Shown here: one piece after another, positions 19,051 to 25,314 of the stretch
How positions within the stretch are numbered: position 1 is the first letter of the stretch
How the letters are laid out: every line of letters starts with the position of its first letter
Assembly: GCA_049967855.1 (NCBI GenBank)
Contig: JBMFRX010000017.1
Span: forward strand, 1-25,314
Source: Caldisericaceae bacterium
GTDB lineage: Bacteria > Caldisericota > Caldisericia > Caldisericales > Caldisericaceae
Length of the DNA stretch: 25,314 nt
Direction: 5' to 3'
The notes under the pieces: model-generated
What the model saw: only the letters and a program-made list of their open reading frames with translations
What the model was told of the DNA's origin: nothing
Databases searched by the model: none
Translations under genes and position numbers: made by a program

Positions 19051-19461
19051 AAGAAACTTGAAACTGTTTATCCAATGAAAGATGGAATAAGGGCAGTTCA
19101 AAGAGATTTTGTCTCTGAATTCTTAGGAGAGTCTGATGAATATCTTAAGAAAAGAAATATCAAACACAACTTCATTTATTTAAAACGTTCAAAGATTAAC
19201 ATTAAATTTATTAATGTACAATATTGAATCCTCTCGCTTATAGATCATACAAAACCGTAAAGAGCAGAAAAGCGTTTTCAAAGGAGTTAGAGGAATATGT
19301 CCCTCTAAAGAAGAAACAGGGCGTTACAGAAAGAATTCATAGACTTAAACCTACTACTTCTTACAGACGATATCAATGAATTTAGTAAAAGACTTCTTGA
19401 CTACCTCATATAGTAAAATACTGAAAGAACACATAAGATTTTAAACAATAAATTTGCTTAA
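19051..19461 (+). pseudogene. Decayed DDE transposase integrase core, IS481-like
   Basis: One frame reads ...GIRAVQRDFVSEFLGESDEYLKKRNIKHNFIYLKRSKIN (cf. QTDNGSEF...HxFIYPxxPKxN), then about 110 nt of unrelated sequence, then NRALQKEFID...LLDYLI**NTERTHKILNNK (cf. NRTLQEEF...WYNTERPHxSL). Stops at 19411-19416. Confidence 0.75.
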
Positions 19462-19954
19462 AATGAGTGCGGGCTTGCTATTTCCAAATCCGTAATATCT
19501 CTCGGCAGATTCCATACAATTATGACACCAATCGATTATTCATTTACTCCTTTGTATGAGAGCTCTCTATAACCGAATTCAACATAATGCAGAGTATCGT
19601 ACAATATATGTAATGAGTGCTACACTTTGAAATAGATAACTTTTAAATTATACTTTAGTGTAGTTTCCTTGTTGTGCAGGATGGTATGGAATGTTCCCTT
19701 TACCTATCATCGTGAATGCATGCTTAAGAGCCTAATGTACTTAGTCCAGGTTGAAGAGGAACAGGGGAGGTAGGTTTAACATTGCGAACGGCTTCTATGA
19801 GCCAATGACAGACAAAATTTACCCACTTCCCCCCATACCTTTCATTACATAGACGAAGTATACTGAAAGATATGTTTCATTCAAAACTACAACAACTGCA
19901 ACTATTTAACACGAGATAGTATATATGATGACGGCGTGAAGGTTGTCGTATTTT

Positions 19955-20636
19955 TTACAATAAACTTAAAATGTAATTTACAGTATGAAGGTAGACAAGC
20001 GATGGAAGCATGTTAATGGTCTTAACTTTCTTTATGTTCAAGAGTCCTATTGCAATTGCCAAGATGAGCGCACTTCAACTCCATTAAACTTGTTAATATA
20101 AACTTCCTGCGTAAGAAACAACAATTTTACGCCTGAAAGAGTTAAGTTTCCTTACGTCACAAAAACAGAAACTGCGCTAAACATAACGCCAATTCACAAT
20201 CCTGAGGCAAGAGTAAGGGAAGTTATTCCATCCGTTATGCATTTTGTAATAAGAAGTGTTGCATCGCTCGTAAGTCCTTCTTGAATTGATCCTAAAACAG
20301 TCATTGACCCAACGCAAAATAGAAGAGCTTACTGTTATAAGCCTTAACAAAGCGCGGCGAATTTGGTGATATTTTCGATTTGCCTTTTTCCATTAAATGC
20401 TCTAATCGTTCATCAAGGCGGAGCAACTCACCCGTAATACTTCCAAGAATCAAAGAAAGGAATATATCAATAAAGTTTGCCGATTCTATAATCATTGTGA
20501 TACCTATGAGCATCATAAAAAGCCCGATCTACTGGATAACTCTATTCTTAACTTTTTCTGAAAATCTTTCACCAATTAAAAGCCTAAGAGTGCTTTGCAA
20601 AATCACGGTGACAATATTAATAACTACACCTTTCAT
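19955..20636 (-). pseudogene. DUF554 (YdfK-like) membrane protein pseudogene
   Basis: Fragments MKGVVINIVTV...VIQ*IGLF...LSLILGSITGELLRLDERL, VGSMTVLGSIQEGL...TKCITDGITS and ALILAIAIGLLNIKKVKTINMLPSL; nonsense codon at 20529-20531 plus frameshifts and further stops. Confidence 0.85.
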
Positions 20637-20756
20637 ACAGTTTGTCCTTTCGAAGATACTTGAAGGAATTATAAAAAAATGAAATTCTAGGTCAAAAGTT
20701 TTAAAGACGAAGTATTTCAAAATTTAGCAAATACACACATTAATTTGGAACCTTCT

Positions 20757-21494
20757 CTATTGTGAGTAGGGGCAAAACCTTTTTAGGTTGAGGATACTAC
20801 ATATAGATACGCCACTAACTCCATAAAAAATCAACGGTTTTCCAGTGTTAATGTACCTATACATTGTACCGTTCGCTGCTGTAGAACCTGTCACCAAGAC
20901 TAAGTCACACCAGGATAATAATTCTTCCTCATACTCTGGTCCCAAAACTTTTATACCATACTTTACCTTTCCTATATTATCCTCATCAAGGTCTATCAAA
21001 CGAATATCGAATCTTTCCTTTAGCTTACTTAACATTGCAGGCTGAAAACCAAAAAAAGCAATTTTAGGTGAATTAAAATTATCAGCAATATAATCTGCAA
21101 ATTTTTCGGCACACAATTCTGGTTCGTTATTCTTGCAATGCACTGTGTTATTTACGATTCCAAAATAACGCAGTATTGCATTAAGACTTGCTACAAAGAC
21201 TGCCCTATCTTTATTGCTAACCAATGGGAGCCCCAAAAGATCTTTAACAGTCCCGCTAAAACTACCAGGTTCATCTGTAAATGCTTGACCTTTGCTTCCC
21301 TTAAAATTTGCCTCAATCATAACCTCCTTACCCTTAAGTATTGGAAAGTCAGTCCTTTCGGGATTGCCTATCGCTTCTTCAGGTAAAAGCGCACGGATAT
21401 AAACAACACCAATATCCTCGTTTAATATATCCTTTTCTGAGGCAAGTTTTTCTAAATACTTTTTCAAATCATTATACATATCTGAATTATTCAT
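20757..21494 (-). CDS. DUF364 / Rossmann-like domain protein (putative metal-related)
   Basis: LPEEAIGNP..DFPILKGKE, GQAFTD, RAVFVASLNA, TVHCKNNEPELC, LVTGST..NGT. Start moved to ATG 21494 (GGAGG at 21500-21504). Confidence 0.75.
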   Translation of the reverse strand: MNNSDMYNDLKKYLEKLASEKDILNEDIGVVYIRALLPEEAIGNPERTDFPILKGKEVMIEANFKGSKGQAFTDEPGSFSGTVKDLLGLPLVSNKDRAVFVASLNAILRYFGIVNNTVHCKNNEPELCAEKFADYIADNFNSPKIAFFGFQPAMLSKLKERFDIRLIDLDEDNIGKVKYGIKVLGPEYEEELLSWCDLVLVTGSTAANGTMYRYINTGKPLIFYGVSGVSICSILNLKRFCPYSQ

Positions 21495-21516
21495 TATGAC
21501 CTCCAATTTTAAAAAT

Positions 21517-22515
21517 TCATTTTTGTTCCAACATTCCGCCAACACCCCATGAAGCAATTTTGCTTTTCGTAATTCTTTCTCCTGCGAGCAGACCAGGTAA
21601 CACAAAGTCCAAAAACGAATTCTCATAATTTATAAAACCTGCAGAAATTCCCAAAACAGGTATATCTTTTATCCAAGCAATCAAACTCATTGTTGCAGGA
21701 TTAACGGGAACACCGTATCTTATTATTTTACCGTGAGCCTTTTTAATACCATTTCTTGTGGCATCATCAGGGTCAGGACCCATTCCGCCGGTTAAAATAA
21801 TTATATTTGCACCGTTCTTGATTGAATCCTCTATGGCACCCTCAATTTCATTTTCAGAATCAGGAACAAGTTTATTAAAAATAACTTCTACTCCAAATTT
21901 TGGCAATTTATTTTTTAATTTTGGCGATGCTGCATCTGGAACAAGCCCCTCATAAACCTCATTACCTGTTACTATCACTGAAGCTTTGTCGTATAAAGGT
22001 TTTACGACATCAAAAATAAAACCATCCAACATTTTAAGTTTGGAAGCGTTGTCAAAGATTTTTTTATACAATTGATTGCTTATCTCGAGTCTTGTAACTT
22101 TGAACTTAGAAACATTTGTGTCTTTACTTACGAGAGAATAATTTTTAACTGTAGTTAAAACAACCATTTTGAATAAATTAAGCTTCTTTACCGCCTTTTC
22201 ATTAACAACTAAAATTCCTCTTTTCTTTGCATTAATATAAGCCCAACCTTCGCTTGGCCCACTAACATAAAGGTTCTCTGAAATCAAGGATTTTGCAATT
22301 TCAATTGATACGTAATCCTGGTGAACATAAGATGGATTTTCATTATACACCCAGATATATTCCTTACCCACCTTCCTCAATTCCTCGATATCTTTTTCTT
22401 CAATCAAATGTCCTTTTTTAAAAAGCGCTCCTTTGTATTCATTAGGGATAATTTTGGTAACGTCTGCGCCAAGCACCATTCCAACTGCTTTTTCAATTTT
22501 AACCTTTTTGAACAT
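21517..22515 (-). CDS. Molybdopterin-binding (MoeA-like/MoCF biosynthesis domain) protein
   Basis: AVGMVLGADVTKIIP...KGALFKKGH N-terminus; VIVTGNEVYEG, TGGMGPDPDDAT, YGVPVNP, GVGGML. Start ATG 22515 with GGAGG at 22522-22526. Confidence 0.85.
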   Translation of the reverse strand: MFKKVKIEKAVGMVLGADVTKIIPNEYKGALFKKGHLIEEKDIEELRKVGKEYIWVYNENPSYVHQDYVSIEIAKSLISENLYVSGPSEGWAYINAKKRGILVVNEKAVKKLNLFKMVVLTTVKNYSLVSKDTNVSKFKVTRLEISNQLYKKIFDNASKLKMLDGFIFDVVKPLYDKASVIVTGNEVYEGLVPDAASPKLKNKLPKFGVEVIFNKLVPDSENEIEGAIEDSIKNGANIIILTGGMGPDPDDATRNGIKKAHGKIIRYGVPVNPATMSLIAWIKDIPVLGISAGFINYENSFLDFVLPGLLAGERITKSKIASWGVGGMLEQK

Positions 22516-22529
22516 ATACAACCTCCAAC

Positions 22530-23306
22530 TTAAATTTGTCTTGGATTACGAAAGGAACTAATAATTGATACCACTTGTTCTTCCGATTCTTTTCCGCCAT
22601 TTTCCTGAAGACTTTTGAAACCTTCATAGACATCTCCTTTTTCTAATATTTCAAAGGCAATTTTCTCTTTGTTAAATTTAATGATGTCAGACAAGGTAAC
22701 AACTTTTCTTACTTCCCCATTTTCTATTATCGCAGTCCTTTCTGAAAGATAAGATGCTTCAGACAGATCATGAGTTACATGCAAAACCGTAACTGCAAAT
22801 CTTTGCTTAACCAACAACAAAAGATCCCAAACAGACCTTTTTGTATTTACATCTAACGAAGATGTAGGCTCATCAAGTAAGAGTAATTTCGGTTTTTTTA
22901 CTAATGCTCTTGCAAGAGCGACTCTTTGTTTCTCGCCTCCAGAAAGAGTCAAAGGATATCTATTCAAAAGGTTTTCTATCCCAAGTATATTTAAAACTTC
23001 TCTATCCAATTCGAATTTACCGAGTGTGATATTTTCATAAACGGTAAGGTGGGGAAAAAGCAAATAATCTTGAGGAACTAAACCTATTTCTCTATCTTTT
23101 GGATGAAGTTTTGTTATATCCCTATTATTAAATACAATCTTTCCTGAATTAACAGAATATTTTCCTGCAATTGTTTCAAGAAGCATTGTTTTGCCTGCAC
23201 CAGAGTTTCCCAAAATAGTGAAATACTCTTCATTAAAAACGATTAGATTAACATTTTTTATTGAAAAGCTGCCCGATTTAATATTTAAATTCTCAATAAC
23301 TAACAT
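22530..23306 (-). CDS. modC: Molybdate/tungstate ABC transporter ATP-binding subunit
   Basis: Walker A GNSGAGKT, LSGGEKQR signature, LLLLDEP, HVTHD; follows modAB. Confidence 0.85.
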   Translation of the reverse strand: MLVIENLNIKSGSFSIKNVNLIVFNEEYFTILGNSGAGKTMLLETIAGKYSVNSGKIVFNNRDITKLHPKDREIGLVPQDYLLFPHLTVYENITLGKFELDREVLNILGIENLLNRYPLTLSGGEKQRVALARALVKKPKLLLLDEPTSSLDVNTKRSVWDLLLLVKQRFAVTVLHVTHDLSEASYLSERTAIIENGEVRKVVTLSDIIKFNKEKIAFEILEKGDVYEGFKSLQENGGKESEEQVVSIISSFRNPRQI

Positions 23307-24072
23307 AGTTTTTAAGGACCCTCCTTACTAAAATGTGTATTAAGAATGAGATAAAAACCATTACTATTCCTGCACTAACTGCAAGGTTCATATCGTAAGA
23401 ATTTACTCCTAAAAACACTGCAACTGGTAATGTTTCTGTTTTCATTCTTATTGCTCCTGCAAGCATAACCGTTGCCCCGAATTCAGAAATCGCTCTGCTC
23501 CAGCCCAATATTAAGCCTGCAATAATACCTTCCCTTGCCATAGGAAAAACTATTTTTCTAAAAACTTCGAAATCACTCAGTCCCATTGATTTGGCTATAA
23601 ACTCGTACCTTTCACTTATTTTAGAAAAAGCAACCTCAATGTTCTTTTCTACAAAAGGGACAATAACAATAAACTGAGCAAAAATAACTCCTAAAGGAGA
23701 AAAAACTAAGTTTATATTTAATTTCTCAAGTATATTTCCGAAGGAACCTCCAAAGAGAATTAAGTACGCAAGCCCTAGTATGAGCGGAGAAACCGAAACA
23801 GGAATATCCAATATATTTTGAATTAGTAATTTCAAAAAGAAGTTTTTTCTTGCCAAAAGATATGCAACAGGCAAAGACAATAAAAATGATATTAGAAGAG
23901 ATATAATAGAAGTCATTAACGAGAACCTAACCGAAAAAAGAAACTCGCGGGACTGAAAAGTTTTAACTAAATCAACGGGGGCAATTTTAATAAATAGAGT
24001 AATCACCCCCGAGATAATAATCAGGACAAGTATTGAAAGAAAAATATACTGAATAACTTCGAATGTCTTCAT
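23293..24072 (-). CDS. modB: Molybdate ABC transporter permease
   Basis: PVAYLLAR, DIPVSVSPLILG, EAA-like loop, WSRAISEFGAT, TETLPVA. Confidence 0.9.
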   Translation of the reverse strand: MKTFEVIQYIFLSILVLIIISGVITLFIKIAPVDLVKTFQSREFLFSVRFSLMTSIISLLISFLLSLPVAYLLARKNFFLKLLIQNILDIPVSVSPLILGLAYLILFGGSFGNILEKLNINLVFSPLGVIFAQFIVIVPFVEKNIEVAFSKISERYEFIAKSMGLSDFEVFRKIVFPMAREGIIAGLILGWSRAISEFGATVMLAGAIRMKTETLPVAVFLGVNSYDMNLAVSAGIVMVFISFLIHILVRRVLKNYVSY

Positions 24073-24830
24073 TACTTTATAATCTTATATCCTTCTTTTT
24101 CGAATATCTTCAAACCCTCGTCTGAAAGCACAAAATTCATAAACTTTTCCGCTTCTTTTTCATTTGTTGTCATTTTTAAAATGGATACAGGAACTTCTTC
24201 AATAACAAGATATTGCTTTTCTATTGGTATTTCCTGAATATTTTTTCCAAACTGTAACCCTGCTGTTTCCCACACTATTGATGCATCTATGTCGGTGTTA
24301 TCAACGTCTAAAACAAGTTTTGAGACTGAACTTTCCCAAACAACAACATTTTTCTTAACCTCATCATAGATATTTGCCTTAGTCAATATCTTCTTCGAGA
24401 CTGCCCCAATTGGCACAGATGTCTCATCGCCCAGGGCAAGTTTTAATCCACTTTTCTTTAAGTCTAATATGCCACTGATATTTTTAGGATTCCCTTTTTT
24501 AACTATAATAAGAGGTATGTGGTATGCAAACTTAACACCCTTTAAAATTAACCCCTGTTCCACTGCCTTGTTGTAGAAATCCACTCCCCCGGGAATAAAG
24601 ATATCTCCCTTTTGTGTACTCTGAATTTGAGCAAGGAGAGTTCCACTTCCCGCATAAATAACATCAACCTTAACACCAGTTTTTTGGGAGTAAATTTCTG
24701 TAATCTCGTCAATAGGTCCTTTTAACCCAGCACCGGCGTAAACCATAAGATGCACTTCACTCTGCCTTGCGCAAGAAACGAAGGTTAAAGCTAAAACGGC
24801 AATAAGAACTGCAAAAATTGTTTTTTTCAT
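24072..24830 (-). CDS. modA: Molybdate ABC transporter substrate-binding lipoprotein
   Basis: Lipoprotein signal ending FVSC; YAGAGLK, YAGSGTLLAQI, GDIFIPG, VPIG; C-terminal FVLSDEGLKIFEKEGY. Confidence 0.9.
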   Translation of the reverse strand: MKKTIFAVLIAVLALTFVSCARQSEVHLMVYAGAGLKGPIDEITEIYSQKTGVKVDVIYAGSGTLLAQIQSTQKGDIFIPGGVDFYNKAVEQGLILKGVKFAYHIPLIIVKKGNPKNISGILDLKKSGLKLALGDETSVPIGAVSKKILTKANIYDEVKKNVVVWESSVSKLVLDVDNTDIDASIVWETAGLQFGKNIQEIPIEKQYLVIEEVPVSILKMTTNEKEAEKFMNFVLSDEGLKIFEKEGYKIIK

Positions 24831-24852
24831 AAAGCCTCCTTATAATGGTAAC

Positions 24853-24895
24853 ATTTTTATAGTTTTAATTATATACCGTTTTTTGCCAAAAGCAA
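24853..24895 (-). promoter_or_regulatory. Candidate modA promoter overlapped by a ModE-like box
   Basis: Minus strand TTGCTT-N16-TATAAT; TATATACCGTT (24870-24880) resembles a ModE half-site, the other half is weak. Confidence 0.45.
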
Positions 24896-24944
24896 GAGGT
24901 TGAAAAAGTCACGATACATATGATATTCTTATCTTAGAAAAAGA

Positions 24945-25017
24945 AGAGTGAAATATGCTAAAGAAGAAACTCATTCCTCTATAGAATCCACTGAAAAGGA
25001 GTATGGATTACAGAGGA
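24945..25017 (+). repeat. 73-bp direct repeat, copy 2 (probable IS fragment)
   Basis: 66/73 identical to 18975-19047; translates VKYAKEETHSSIESTEKEYGLQR. Confidence 0.9.
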
Positions 25018-25263
25018 GTAAAGAGAGGTGTTTGGGATAAAGGAAGGCGTGCTATCTACCTCAAGCCCTTCGTAAACGATGAGGGAGAAACAGTGTTTCC
25101 GTTCGCAAGAGAGACAGACAGGATAATCTATACAAACCTTGGTATTGATGAAGAACTCAAAGATATCTTCATTAAAGCAGGAAAAGAAGAATACTTTATG
25201 AGAGAAAAATCATTGAATCATACCATAATAGAGGTAATGATGAACTTGTTTATTCCCTTGTAA
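25003..25263 (+). other. 86-codon ORF of uncertain status, possibly a gene fragment fused to the repeat
   Basis: Its SD (AAGGAG) and ATG lie inside repeat copy 2; no family recognised. Confidence 0.3.
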
Positions 25264-25314
25264 TCTGAGCTCCTTTTAAGCAGATTTACAGGGCATTGAA
25301 AGAATTTGGCATAG

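Noticed and set aside
21495..21626. ORF-track N-terminal extension of the DUF364 gene (likewise extensions of galT, csaA, the phosphorylase and the methyltransferase)
   Set aside because: The extensions overlap neighbouring genes or run through the SD; downstream ATGs fit better.
22499..22627. SD plus ATG inside the modC 3' end opening a 42-codon minus-strand frame
   Set aside because: It overlaps both modC and the MoeA-like gene and has no motif.
24831..24944. Moco/Tuco riboswitch upstream of modA
   Set aside because: The predicted leader is only about 30 nt and AT-rich, with no room or consensus for the aptamer.
1..25314. CRISPR array, tRNA or rRNA genes
   Set aside because: No regularly spaced 25-40 bp repeats with unique spacers and no recognisable tRNA or rRNA sequence were seen.

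Overview
A 25.3-kb window of AT-rich bacterial chromosome. The gene set suggests an anaerobe, possibly thermophilic, but the taxon cannot be fixed from this sequence. From left to right: (1) an operon of winged-helix regulator, radical SAM enzyme and LPG-synthase-TM/UPF0104 flippase-like protein, a candidate membrane-lipid modification system; (2) a degenerate REP-like palindrome pair; (3) a galactoside cluster (MFS, GH36 alpha-galactosidase, GH1 beta-glycosidase) converging on galT-galK; (4) housekeeping dnaG-rpoD converging on pepT-csaA; (5) a nucleoside phosphorylase-psuG-methyltransferase operon with no psuK; (6) a non-coding stretch with a phased TGTCAC array, then a DUF805 gene; (7) a decayed accessory region with IS remnants, a DUF554 pseudogene and an intact modABC-MoeA-like-DUF364 operon, bracketed by a 73-bp direct repeat (66/73 identical) 5970 bp apart. 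No rRNA, tRNA or CRISPR array was seen. Family calls come from motif recognition by eye, not database searches.
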